A stretch of DNA of 64,000 nucleotides from Lophium mytilinum (taxonomy: Eukaryota). The notes below the pieces were generated by a model that made no database searches, was not told the DNA's origin, and was given only the letters and a program-made list of their open reading frames with translations. Numbering within the stretch: the stretch's first letter is position 1; each line of letters starts with the position of its first letter. Position numbers and translations under genes: made by a program. The DNA lies in contig MU004186.1 in the NCBI GenBank assembly GCA_010093605.1, forward strand, positions 1,034,616-1,098,615, read 5' to 3'. This document shows positions 44,720 to 58,203 of this stretch, one piece after another.

Positions 44720-45873
44720 CTACCTCTTTCCCGGCCTCTTGGGTCTCGCGAATCCTGATTTTACGGCTGGTACTTCCTCCTTCCCACTCTCTCCAACCTC
44801 CTCTTCGATCACCTTCTCCGTAATCTCATCCGGATTCGTGACCTCGAGTCGTTTCGCAATCGTGATACCGCCTTCTTTCTGCGCAAACTGGATGACGACA
44901 TTACGGGAGGCGGCGAACAGCATTCGTTCCCTGATCTTCGAAGTCGACGGACATGTAGATATAAAGAGAATGGGGTTTGAGGTCGCAGCATCGTGGCGGT
45001 AGAAGAGAAAGCGGGGCGAGGAGTTGTCGACTGCGCTGGAGATGGAGGAGGCGGTAGCCGTAGAGGTTGATACAAGGGTCAGCGCCTCGGTCTTTGGGTC
45101 CAGTGCCTGTGAATCACATAGTCAGTGACCAAACCTTCACCACAGCTCAGCTCCCTCCCCTCTCCAAGCTTCGCAAAAGAACAGAGAACAAACATACCAA
45201 CTGCACCAGATTATCCCCACCCTGCCCCAACGCACTCACAGCCCCCACCACCCCCTCATCCGCCTTCACAGCTAAGCTCCCGCCACTAGCTAAACTCTTC
45301 CCCTGTGTGCCCCTGCTCTCCATTGCCTCTTGCTCCTTGATCCCCTCGAGGTCCTGCTCCTCCTGCGTCAATGGATTCGCTGCCTCCCCATGCGCCTCGT
45401 GCCGCGCCCAACCCTCTTTACTGAGCTCCTCCGCCTCCGTCACAAACACGGTTTCCCCGAAATGCTCAGAGCCCAGCTCGCGCAGCAGCGTCAGCCGCGT
45501 GGACGCGAAGAGCATTTTCTGCCGCACCGGCGCCGCATTGGGGACGTATGTAACCGCGACTAACGAGCCCGCGGCGGGGGCAGCGGACGACGAGGAGTCC
45601 GCGCGGCGCAGGATGATGTACAGCGCGCCATTGGGCGTGAGATGGGGCGAGAGGTTGGAGAGATCGGAGAGGAAGGAGGAGTTGGTGGAGGAGATGGTGG
45701 GGCCGGGCTGGATGGATTCGTTGGAGATGGTGGCGAGGAGGCCGCGCTGGGTGGGCGTTGTGAGGAACGTTTGGAAGGCTCTTAGGAGCTCGGCGGAGGC
45801 TGGCGGGGGTGTTTAGTTGGGGAATTGGGGGAAGGGTGAGCAGCGGGAAGGTACCGGAGATGCCTGACTGCAT
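44720..45873 (-). CDS. TWF1: Twinfilin (tandem ADF/cofilin domains), multi-exon
   Basis: MQSGIS start, APVRQKMLFASTRLTLLRELG, PRFSFY, IYTCPS...IRERMLFAASR, C-terminal FARPKRPGKR. Confidence 0.92.
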
Positions 45874-46333
45874 GATTGATCGGGTCTTGCCAATTTGCGA
45901 ACTACACTCGGGGTTTTAGATGAGGCTGAAGATGAGGTATAGAGAGAGGGATGGGTAAGCCTAGCAGTGTATGGCCTTGCTACCGGGATAGCAGACGAGG
46001 TTGGTGTTGGTGTTTCATGCGGCCTCGAGGACCCCACGATTTTGGCTTGGCATTGTGATCAACGATTCGCCAATTCGACTTCGTAACATGTATCCGCATG
46101 TTATATATGGGTAAGATCGCAAAACTTATAGTCGTCGTGTCCAGCTAAGAGATGAGTGCTAATTGAGCTAGTGGTGCTTTCGACACAATATAGGTGCCCT
46201 AGGCGTTCTCTAGTACGATGCGTCAATAGGTCTTCTGGACCGCCAAATTATTCTTGAACAGGTATTTCATTGACCTCCTTAGTCATTAGTATTAGCAAGA
46301 AAATACAGCAAAGAAATACATCTAAGACCAGAA

Positions 46334-48144
46334 TTAACGTTTCCGTCGACGCCGTAGTTCCCGACTCGATTCGTCCTCGTCATCAACCTCCTCTTCTACT
46401 GTCTCGTTCTGCGGCCCCACAATATGAGTGTCCTCGCTATGTGCTTGTGTGAAAGGATTCGCTTCCTCAGCCTCTTTCTCCGCAGCCTCACCTTCCATCA
46501 TGCCGACTTCCCCGAGCATGTATCGTCCCAGGTACAACACTGCATCCAGCACCTCTATCCCCGTTGGTACTATGTTTTCTTTTGGGAGCAAAAAGCCATA
46601 GCTTCCTGTATCCCTGAGCTTGATTTGGTACGCATGCTTGACTCTCAATTCGTGATAGAACCAATCGAGAGCGCTGCCTCCGCCTGACTCAATCCGCGGT
46701 AGGTGAACCCGTTCCTCCTTGCCGTCCTTGGGATTTTTGGTAATAGCGACATTTCCTTCGCACGCGGATGTTACTTTGTACGGCTGTCCTTTTCGTGAAA
46801 CACGAATCGCCTTTGCGAGGCCGTGCGCTAGCTCCTCTAGGTCTTCGAGCGTGGGCGGCTCCGCGTGGCAGGTATATGAGTACGGGTAAAGCACCTGCTG
46901 GGAATACGAATGCAGATCTAGGAAACCCACGATATTGACATTGTTATTCTCAGTCTCGTTTCGCGCCCAGTCGGCGAACCTCTTTGCTTCCACACCGTCG
47001 AAAGGAGCATCCCCGGCGAAAGATTCGCTACAGGGATTGCCCTGGGTTGACGCTCCGTCCCATTGGAATGGATAAGTGCGGTCCAGGTCCACGCCTCGGC
47101 AGAAACGAAGTGAGGTAGGCTGCCGATTCTTGCGCCACAGGCGGTCAGTTTCCCAGGAATAGACATAGCCGTCTGGGTTCAGAGTGGGCACGAAGATGAA
47201 ATCGAATGATTCAAGAAGCCTTGTTATGGTAGGATATTTGCCGTACGAGGTGATTAGACTCCACGCTACGTAGTTCACAGTGCTGGTTGAGATCCATTCC
47301 CGGGCGTGGGAGCCACCTGTCAGTAGGATTGTTTTCCGTGGCTGCGAAGGCTCGTCGTTGTTTGTGGGGTGAACACCGACCCTCAAGGCTGGGATGTCTC
47401 GACCTTCATAGCTGATACCTACGTTGATACGACGGACGTGGGTCGTGAACATAGATGCCATCAAGTTCATCCACGGGGTAATAACAGAGAGGGGTTGGTA
47501 GTCTTGGAAAAAGATGTTCTCGGCAGAAGAAGAAGTGCGTAGGGTGGGTGTGAAGGAGCGGTCGCCGTGAGACTGGGTAGAAGGGGGAGAAGGATACGAA
47601 TCGAAGATGGCCTGAGCAAGGTCGAGGTCCTGCATCAAGGCCACATGAGAGGTTTGGAGAGATGCTGGGAGCAGTCCGAGTAGAGAGGGCACCTGCAAAC
47701 ATAACGTCAACAATTGCGAGCTATAATGGTGTCGCGTGCTTCACTCACGACGTCCTTTGAGAGTCGAATGTCGACCCAATTGTCGTTGAATTCCCACACA
47801 TCTAGAAACAGAACATCGGTAGCCGCAGCTAGCGCAGAAGCTTCCTCTGCGGTGTGAATGGTGAAGCGCATCACGATGTCCTGGCCATATCGTGCCAGCA
47901 GCTTCCCGGTGGGCCCACTCGCGCCCACGGGCTCGTCGCCAGCGCCCGGGAAGGCATGCTGTTTCACGGGAAGCCCCCAGACCTTGCGGATGATAGCATC
48001 TGAAAGCCTCCGCCACGGACGCGGGACGTGTTCATGGCAGGGAGCGTGGAAAGGGAGGCCGCATTGCGTCGCCGGCGGGGCGGCTGTGGTCAGCGAGGAA
48101 CCCAGTAAGATCAAGGTCGCGAGGGCAAAGGAGAGTTGGCGCAT
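46334..48144 (-). CDS. ECM14: M14 metallocarboxypeptidase-like protein (pseudoenzyme type), two exons
   Basis: Signal peptide and prodomain, HAREWIS, NPDGY, WRKNR, DLHSYSQ; YQIKLRD has Lys at the catalytic Glu position, as in Ecm14. Confidence 0.9.
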
Positions 48145-48603
48145 GTTGGCCGTGTTTACGGTTCGAAGGAGTGAGGGCTGCAGCAGGCTTGCGCCGGCGG
48201 AAGCGTGGAGAGAAAGCACTAGAGGCTGGTGATGTTGGTGAATGAAGCCGGTGCCTGGGGCCTCACAGGGCTGACGACTTTCAAGCGAAATGGCTCCGCT
48301 CCGATGAGACGACGCCTCTGTTGGGACTACTGACCACGGACGAGACGCGACGCACCACTACACACGCTCCCACACCCCGTCCGAACCTCTATCACCCCTC
48401 ACGAAGCGTCCAGGCTGCGCGCCCGACCTTCGTTTCCGCCCCTCGACCGCCGTGGCCCCCTAGTAGCACCTCAGCTCAGCCCTATCCAACGCCCAGCTCG
48501 TCCCATCCTGGCCACCAAATCTCCCCTCCGCCGCCCAGCTGTGCCATGTTTGCCCTGTACCACCGCTGCTTGCTTAGATGAGTAGCCAGACCTCGATATC
48601 GCA

Positions 48604-51600
48604 ATGCCTTTGAGGGCTCTCCGACCAAACCGCAGCGAACGGGACCTCCAGCGCCGCAGCACCCTCGACCCCGGCGGCGTCTTCAAACGTGGTGACAAGG
48701 CCCGCAGCGCCAATGCCTCCAGCGAGTTCCTGGGACCTGAACGCGCAGCCGTGTCTCACGATGGCGGACGCCCGCCCGACGCAGACCTGGGGAGGACCTC
48801 GTCGGCCTCGTGGTCTGGCGACACCCAGGAGCCGCCCCCGTCACCCCCGATCCAGGACCACAACCCCAACACGAAGCGCTTCAGCATCATGAGGTTCCGC
48901 CATGCCTCGGACTCGCAGTTGTCGGTCAAGGCCAAGGAGCACGCTGCGGCATCGGCCCCGCCAGTGCCTGCTATTCCCCAGGGTAAGCACATCTGAAGCT
49001 TGCATGAGAGGAGACTGACCAGTTGCGCGTGTAGCACCGGCCATCATAATGACTGCCCCAACCGTAGACCTGCAGGGCCAGATCCCTAAGAAGAAGCCCG
49101 CCGGCCGCTTGCAGCAATTCGCGCGTCGCCGTATGTCGTTTGATCCCGATTCCGCCGAACGCCCCAATACCATTCGCAAATCCATGGACAAGAAGCGCAG
49201 GCCGTTTGGGAATATGAGGGCGACGACCTCTGTGGGCGAGGACCCACAGAGGCTATCGACGAGCCATCGGCCAAATGCGCTTCCCGATTCGAGCTACGAA
49301 GGAAACTCGACACTGTCCCTTCCTGTTCCGAGAATGTCGGACTCCTCCCGGTCAGATGGCAGCTCTGGAGACCACGTCCACTTTGCCAGTCCGCCTAAAC
49401 CGAAACTATCTTCAAATGCCAGCACCGGCCGCTTCAAATTCGGTCGGCGGAACAAGCAGCGCGCATCACTATTTCCTCTACCTATGAAAATCGACCCCCC
49501 TACATCCCCAAATACAGCTCCTGCCACTCCACGTGCATCCACAAGCGCCATCAGTTCTAGCTCTGCCAACCACTCTCCTGGCGGATACAGCCCTCCGTTG
49601 ACAGCAATCCATCGCACAGGCACACAAGACCACGAGAATGATCAACCAGGCTCTATGCCCTCTCCTACACATGTTGCATTAGCCGCAGCATCTATGAACA
49701 TTGCGGCGCCAGGCTCTTCCAAGTTACTGAGAAACGACTCATTGAAATCCATTCATTCAGCTCGATCGTCTCCAAACACAGGAGCCCCAGTACGGTTAGG
49801 ATTGCGCGGACGATCCTCGACTATGGGATCCATGGGTGGGCGATCGGACGACGCGCCCCCGCCAACTCCGCCATTCATATCAGGCAGTGGCAGGAATTCC
49901 ACGTCAACTGTTGGTAGAAGCAGTCTTAGTAACCTCTTCGGACTGGGACAACGCTTTCGTCAAAACTCAGAACCCCATTCTCCACGATATGGGACTCCTG
50001 CGCTTAGCCATGGCACACCCGGCCTATCCCACAACAATTCCTTGAACATCAGTAGAGAGGCCCTTGTAATTCCGAAACGAGAAGAGGGAGAGGCCCCTGG
50101 CCGCTACCTTGAAAGATTAGAGGAAGTCATGGACCGTAGCGTGATTGCCAGCGTACTCTCTAAGACTAGTGACGCTTTTATGTTGGCAGTTCTCCGGAGT
50201 TACATGCGCAAATTCCACTTCTTCGGAGATCCAATTGACATGGCCATTAGGAAGCTCTTGATGGAAGTCGAGTTGCCGAAAGAAACACAGCAGATAGACA
50301 GAGTCCTGCAGGGCTTTGCCGACCGCTACCATGAGTGCAATCCGGGCATATACATAAACCCAGGTATGGAAACTCAATGTTCATTTGAGAGTTCTAACAT
50401 TAACTATATTATAGACAAAGCTTATTTCATATCCTTCTCCATTGTGATCCTCCATACGGACGTCTTCAACAAGAACAACAAGCGGAAGATGCAGAGACAG
50501 GATTACATCAAGAACTCTTCTTGCGAAGGCGTGGCTGATGACGTACTGGGATGCATATACGACAACATAGTTTACACGCCTTTCATTCATTTCGAAGACG
50601 ACATTGACATCAAAGGAACAGCCGCATTTCGCAGCAAGAAGACCTCAGTTTTCAAGGCCCCAATGAACGATCCTGCACGAAAAGCAACGAGGGAACCGAT
50701 TGATCCATACACTCTCATTTTCGAGAACAAGCTCGATGCATTACGACCCAATATCAAGGACGTGATGAATCTAGATGACCCATACAGCTACTTGGGGACC
50801 GCCCAATCACTAGATGCAAGGACTCTATACAGCACGCATTCGAAATACGGCGTGATACAGATCGTCTCATCTCGATCTAGACCCGAAGCCTTCATGTCGG
50901 CCGCCACTCAAGAAAACCCGAACGAGACCCAGGTTGGAATTGTGGAGATGCCCGTCACTAAAGTTGGTACGATCTGGAGAAAGGATACCAAACGAAAGGC
51001 AGCACGGTCTCCATGGCAAGAATGGGGTGCAATTTTAACACAGTCCGGACTGTCCATGTTTAAAAACCACGGATGGGTCAAAACACTCACTCATCAGCAT
51101 GAACAACACCAAAAGCTCGGAAACACGGGCCCAGTTGTTTTCACCCCTCCAGTTTCCGACTTCAAGCCAGACCACGTTATACCCATGGATGGAACTGTAG
51201 CTCTGGTAGACACGACTTACCGAAAGCATAAACACTCTTTTGTGATCTACTCCAAGGGGGGTGCGGAAGAGACGTTCCTCGCAGACAACGAGACGGACCT
51301 CAACGATTGGTTAGGCAAGCTGAACTACTCGGCTGCGTTTGAGACGTTGAGCGTACGGCCGAGAGGACTCACTGATGGACAGAGGAACCGTGGATTCCGT
51401 AGGCTGGAGTCTTCACAATCGACGAAATCCATTTCGACGCCAACTGGAGACGTCACCATCGAGAGCGGGAGGATAGACAAGAACTTTGCCGATCAGATCA
51501 GTGCTGCTCGACGGGAGCTAATGAAAATCAAGATCAGTGAATCAGAGGAAAGACTGGCAGCCGCCATCAAAGAGCTCGAGGGCCGACTGAGAGATGCTCG

Positions 51601-53020
51601 GCATCTACAAATAATGGCTCCCGTGCAGCCAAAGACTAGGGAGCTTGTCGTCACTGCTGCGGGCCGAATGGCAGCAAGACTCAAATGGATACGGATCGAG
51701 ATTTGGCGGATGAAGTGCCATCGAGACATCCTTGCCTTGGATCTCGAGGAAGAGAAGAACATGGCAAACGAAAGGCAAGCCAGGATTGACCGCATTACGG
51801 GCAAATCTACGCCACAAACTCAACCAGAAAAATCTTCCAAAGCATCCAAAATCGGCAGCTTGGCGCGACTCAACTCTAAGGCCGGCTCTCTGCTTGGAGG
51901 GAAGGGGGCTCCTCTTTCTCCCAGCCCATCCGCTCGACCAGGTACGAAATCGTCGAGAGAGACGGACTTTGGAGAGGATGTTTTCAAGACACCACCAGAG
52001 CACTCCCGCCAGTCCAGTCCCAGCCACGCACCGGGGCAATACGAATTGCCGCCTTTGTCCTTCAGCCCGGTATCGTCGCATCATCGCGGGTCGTTGACCA
52101 GCGCTGTGAGCGCATCTGGACAATCGCCCACCACCATGCTTCGCGAACATCGTCCATCTGTGTCCACCCTTGGGGACAGAGCCTCAGAGACGGCATCTGA
52201 GACGGCATCCCACTATGCTACGCCACCCCCAGTCGAGGACCGGGGTGCAGAGCCTCAGAATGGCCTCACCGTAGCTGTCGATGGAGCACGTCCCGATACG
52301 GCTTCCGAGTCCGACGCGGATCGTACTCCAGCTTCAATGGGCGGCTCCCCAGAATCCCGCTCCAAGGTTCGTCGAAGTTTGCATCGCACCCTCCGTGACT
52401 CGCATAGCGGATCGAACCATCGACGCGGCGGCAAGGGCAAGGGGTCAAGCTCGACCATCGTCAGCGACGATGCCCCAGAGAGCGAAGGCTTGTCAAGAGC
52501 CAAGGGGAGCTTCACGGTGCATGGCAAGAAAGCCTCGGTCATTACATTTGGCGCCGATTGGCAAGATATGCCGGCAGAAGATCGGCTCAAGGTGCGCAAG
52601 CAGGCCCAAGAAGCTGTCCAAGAGTCCGGCGAAGAGAGTGCGATGAGCGATGCCGAGGCGGCGCCGTCAATCAAAAGCGGCGGCACTGCGCCTGCGCTCA
52701 GCGATGCGGGCGTTGATGAGGAAGAGGTTGCAGGCGAAGATGTTACGCCGAGGCCGTCAACGAATGAGAAAAGAGGAAAGCCGCCAAGGCACGTCTCGAG
52801 CCAGACTATCAGGCCGCATACGTCCAGTACATCAGTTAATGGACAGAGCCAAGACGGAAAGGATGACACGGAGCCAGAGGACGAAGTCGGTCCCAAGAAC
52901 GAGACGCCCTCGAAAAAGCACGGCATTCTAAAGCATAGGCACTCGCTTAGTGAAGAGGAAGACTCCGGGCCTGAACATGTGACGATCAACGGACTGAAGA
53001 CTCAGGCGGTGGAGGCTTAA
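48604..53020 (+). CDS. SYT1: Sec7 + PH domain Arf guanine-nucleotide exchange factor
   Basis: LPKETQQIDR, FADRYHECNP, LHTDVFNKNNKRKM, YDNI (Sec7); KVGTIWRK...WQEWG...FLADNETDLNDWLGKLNY (PH); introns ~48983-49034 and 50364-50414. Confidence 0.85.
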
Positions 53021-54484
53021 ACCCTGGAACTTCGATCCTCCCTCAATCTCTCTGCCTCATAAAATCTTCCGCTCTTTTACCATCACGCCGCCTTGATTTG
53101 TTTCGGCGGGAATGGTGGCAGGTTAGAGCATTGTCTTTGTGTGTGTGCATATGCTGTCCGCGCGTTCAACTTGGAGTCTGGGCCGTCCGTCACAAAAGCA
53201 CTTCTCGCCGTCTTCGCATGCATCGCGACTTCCGATGCACCCTCTTTTCTTTCTTTCAGTCCGTCTCTCTTTTCTTGTTTCTGTCTGTCTTCTAGCGTGG
53301 GAAAATGCACTTGTGTGAATAGATGGGATGGCGTTCATTTTGCTTCTCTTTCTCTCTTTGTTCAGTGTGGAGATGTGATCGGTGTTGCGTGGAACCAGTG
53401 ATTGGTGATTGGCGTTGAGTGTAGCGCGGTGCTGTGGCGTGGTGGGCTAACACTATGGTGGGCTGGGACATGCGCTGTATGGGTTCGTCTGGCTCACATG
53501 CATATCTTTCCTTTTTGTGTGGGTCGCTACGAAGGGTGCTGTGGCGAATGCATGCATGGATGTACGGATGGGTACTTCGGAAGGGAGGCGGGAAGGTTCC
53601 AAAACATACTATAGTTGGGCGGTGGGTGGATGGGGTAGGATAGGGTATTGAGTGGATTTGGCATGGGAGCGAACGGAAAATGTCGAATCGAATTGAATAT
53701 TTGAGCTCCAATGGTACTGCTGTGAAGTTGTGTATGATGGAATTAGGTGTTTGTTTACTAACAGTTACAGAGAGAACCGCCTCCTTTGGTATTTCGTGTC
53801 ATGACCCTTTTGTACGCTTTCTTTTGAGAGATCTATCTCCTGATTCAAACCCTCAAACAATATCGGATGGAACAAACATATCTAAGACCCATGGGACGAA
53901 CCCAACTGTAGAGTATATTAGACGAATTAACCCTCAAAGAGAGTGAATGGGCTTCCGTATTCAATAGATTTCCGACTGTCACCACGCTTGTCCTTACTCC
54001 AGCTCCTTCACGCCACTGTTAGTATTGCAGGGTGTAGGGAAGACGTCGCCGACTCTAATTCCAAATTCCTAGAACGGCCTATCCTTGCAACACTCTACCG
54101 TCTCAAGACCTCAAGAGCAATATGGAATCCTCTAATCGTCCTCATGAGATGGTACCCTAGCGGTAGGAAGCCGTTAGCGGTAGCCTACCGACGACCTCGC
54201 AGACTTTGGCAGTCGGGGACAACATAGCTAGTTCGGACTTATGTCTAGTCGAAACCACAGGTTTGAAGGCATCCGAGCCGGGATGGGATGACCTGAGTTT
54301 AAAGTATGGTCGCATCCAGACGCTTTTGGGGCCGCGAGTTCGAGTCAATCAGAAAGCTCTGCGGGGATCTTGGAATACCGTTCGGTGTGGCAACCCGTAC
54401 AATGTTGACTGCAGATTATTGAAAGGTTTTCTGGCGGGCAACTCTTCGACTGTTCCGAGACGCTTGAGGCCATAAAGCACTTTA

Positions 54485-56715
54485 CTATCGGTATCCGGGC
54501 CAGAGGGGTTCATCAGGCGTGGCTTCAAGAGGCTCAGGCTCTGTCGAGTCGGAACAACATGTTTCGGAGGCCCCGAAGCTTGTAGCAACGCTTTCTGCGC
54601 TTGGGCGATTCGATGGATTGCTACTAATCATCGAGACCACAACAGGACACAAGAGGTCCAATGGGAAATGATTCAGTAAGGTGTTTGGTACAAGAGTAAG
54701 AAGCCATTCCTGCACTTGAGAAATATTGGCTTGGTACGACGAATCTCCATACTCATTGGACCCTCTAACAGATTCGAAGGCTTGTCGTCGGGTGAGGCCA
54801 TCTGGGCGCAGTGGAGCTAGCACAGCTAGCATTTCTGCGAAGACGCAGCCCATGGAGAAGACATCCGCAGCCAGGCCCCGCCTATCCCTATCAACTACCT
54901 CGGGGGCGGCGTACTTTCTTGTGAACATCGTTGGGCCTTCTGTTTCCGAATCCGTGTATGTGCTATATGACCTTGCGATGCCAAAGTCGGCAATATAGAC
55001 TCTGTACGCATTATTCAAGCCAGAAGGTCGATTTTGTTGAAGTTTGCGCACAAGGATGTTCTGGGGTTTGATGTCCATGTGCTTTGTTATGCTGTCGTGA
55101 ATGTGTTTCATTGCGCTGGATAGGCATCGAAAGGAGTCGAGAAGAGCAAGACACCTGCGAATAATTTCCGACCCCTCGGTTTCCTTAGATGCAGAAGAGC
55201 GAGGCGAGTAAATCCGTCGAAGGCACTCTTCCATAGACTCATCTGCCAGTGACTGCATGAATGTTTCTAGATTGAAATCTGCAACGGGGTATAGCAGGAT
55301 AGCCAGCTCGGTGTGCACGACATATGTGCCAACGACTTGAATTATGTGTAAATGCTTAAGCTTCTGGAGGTGCGCAACTTCTTGGATTGCCATCTCTCTA
55401 GTGAACTTTGCATTGCAGTTGATGGTTTTCCGCGCAAGAAGAATTCGCCGGCATTTTACGCTCTCCACTACAGCGTTCGGAGTGGACCCAAGAAGGTCTT
55501 GACGCTTCAAGATTTGTTGGATTTTGTCCTTTTCGTTCTTATTAAATTCTGAATGTTGCCCTCTCCCACACCAGTCCTTCTCTGTAGAAGGGTCTACAGG
55601 TAAGAGACCTATGGACTGTAGGAGCACAGCATACTGACTATTTTTGCCAAATCAATCAACAAAAGCCCTAGAAGAGAGCAACATACAACGAAAGATCAAC
55701 TAACATACTCTTGCATCATACTGAGCTGGCTTAAGCTTCGTAGGCTTGCCCCAGCAGAAGCAGTGTAGAAAGTTCTACTTGCTGCGGACGATCTGGCAGT
55801 GAGAAAGCTACTGAAGCTAGATTTCTGGGAAAGCCCACAAGGAAAATTGAACTCTTCTTTGCTCTCTTGACTTATCTTTGTACGAGAAGTTTCTGATTGC
55901 GTGATGCTTCCTGAGACTAGTCTTGATTCGACCATTTCCAATTGAGAATGCAACGGAATGTTACTAGTCGATGAGTTTACAGCCCAAACAACTTGGGAAA
56001 CATTCGAGTGAGTTGGGGGTTGTATGTGCCTAGACGTTTGTTTTGCATACTCGTAAAGGTCTCTCCAGATTCGCCGCGTGGTTTCAAGGAACGGAGAAGA
56101 CGTGTCCCGCATGAAAAGGCGAATGTAAGGAAACTCGTCTAAGTGTCTCGCCCTCCAGTCGCAGTTTTGTCGTCGGTCGAGCTCCTTTGCATAAGATACT
56201 ACGAATTTGATGAGGCGTAGACTGGACAGACAGCGCATCGCCATCCGGGCTAGACATTGAGCTTGCTCACATGATCGGATATCTCCAAGGCCATGGAGAG
56301 CTTGGCCTTGCGAAAGCCCATTGTCGCGTAAAAGGAGTTCAGTGTGGAGATCGTACTCCATATCAAGGAGTTGGTTTGCCGATAGTAAAGGTAACATGTC
56401 TAGAGGCTTCCACGACGAATCGCCTTCGTACAGGGCATAGTACTTGATGAAGCTGAAGTAGCGCCCTCGGTCGACCAGGGAGAGCACTGGTTGGTATGAG
56501 TCCAGTTTGGCAATATCCTCCCACTGGTGGCTTCCAACGATGGATCCGTCCTGAACCCAGTGATGCCCGCATGGTAGAGCTAAAGGCTCCAAGCACGCTT
56601 TTGGAGAATTCATGACCATTCCTGGCGTAGCGTCAGACTCCGAAAATCCTCTGCCATGCTCTTTTGCCGCTCTATCCACATTGGCGCCACCTCCGTTTTG
56701 AGGGATAAGGTCCAT
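54485..56715 (-). CDS. Fungal Ser/Thr protein kinase with long uncharacterised N-terminal region (two ORFs joined by an intron)
   Basis: ARK, HMDIKPQNILV, IADFG, YAAPE, DVFSMG. A GTATGT donor at the end of ORF 55696-56715 and a TAG acceptor near 55638 join the two ORFs in frame (MQ-D-QYAVLLQ). Confidence 0.75.
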
Positions 56716-57517
56716 CTGGGCAAGGGACTCATTCGTCGGTTGCGGAGTCTGCCGAATAATATGATATGCCCAAGCATGCGATGAAGACGTTCAGTGGGTT
56801 CGGCGGTCGACACCGGACAGCATGGAGAAGTCGAAAGAAATGTGCGTGGATATCATTCTATGGATTTGATAAGCTCTTCATAATTCTGTTACAAAACAAA
56901 AGGGTACCTACCGTATTCTAATCAAGTCCACTTCCACTTACATGCATTATTCGACATGACAGTCTTCTCCCAGACTTTCTTAGAGGAAGGGAAGTGAGAT
57001 TCGGACATGCTGTGACTTCAGCCTTGCCTGCCTTCTGCCACCTCACGCCAAGAAATAGCGATTGGTCAAATGTAAGGCTGAGCACCATGAATTTGACAGA
57101 CTCTTACCATGCCAGAGAGTGGGTGGTTTCCCAGTTTTACATGATGGATGTTCTTTGGGAATTAATTGTTACCTTTAAGCAAGCTAAAGAACTTCGGGTT
57201 CTCACAGTGTCGTTGAAGAAGAATCGTACATGCCCCGAGCCCTGATATCTCAAATCCCCACTACGCCCCATCCAACTTAGCGCATCTCCAATAGTTCCCA
57301 GCGATCACCAACCTCACATCGCAACTCCAAAGCCAACCACCACGACGCGCCCCGCGGGCATCACCACCTCTAAAATACTCTCCGACCAGACACGAAGTAT
57401 GTTGCTCCTTACATCTCCACTCCCGCGGCCTTCAATTGACTCCCACTAGCTTCACAACCTCCCGCAACCACGACTAAACCACCAACATCCTCACTACCCA
57501 CCCATCCCAAACACACA

Positions 57518-57787
57518 ATGGCATACTTCCGCATAACCCTAATGCGCAGCGCCATCGGCCTGCCCGCGCAACGCAAAGGTGTGCTCGCCGCGCTCGGCCT
57601 CCGAAAACGCATGGCCACCGTCTACCACCCCGTCACGCCCGACGTAGCCGGCCAGATCATGGCGGTGAAAGAACTGCTCGACGTCGCGGAAGTAGAGACG
57701 GCATTGACGAAAGCCGAGATGAAGGATCAGCGGAGGCCGGAGAGGGGTTATGTGGTTGAGCGGCGGGCTGGGGCGGGGTTGGAGTAG
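57518..57787 (+). CDS. MRPL33: Mitochondrial ribosomal protein uL30m
   Basis: [14 protein letters not shown]...LGLRKR...[12 protein letters not shown]...[10 protein letters not shown]. Confidence 0.93.
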   Translation: MAYFRITLMRSAIGLPAQRKGVLAALGLRKRMATVYHPVTPDVAGQIMAVKELLDVAEVETALTKAEMKDQRRPERGYVVERRAGAGLE

Positions 57788-58203
57788 GAGGAGGAAAAGG
57801 AACGTGTGGGAGGGAATGTGTTGCATGGAGAAGGGACGGAGAGGTGTATGATACTCGGTGTTGCATCAGAGGGCATATCAGGCGTTTTGGGAAGCATGGA
57901 GAACTTAGAGATGTGTGTATGTCTCGTAGGCGGTTATAGGATAGTCAGTAGCCAGTTGTTGCAGGGCACATGGCTATCTCCAGAACCACAGATCAATCGA
58001 TCACATAGTTCCATCGAACCCATCATGAGCGTGAAAAGCATCACTCTATCATTTTCATTTTAAGAATCCTACTCTCCGATCGACCTACTCGACCTCGCTG
58101 AGCTTTAAGCACAGACGCTCTCAGACTCACAGCGCTGGTAAAGTCACGAGCCGACTCTCTACCCTACCCAATCAATGCAATCCTGCCCGATGAAGGATAC
58201 CCC

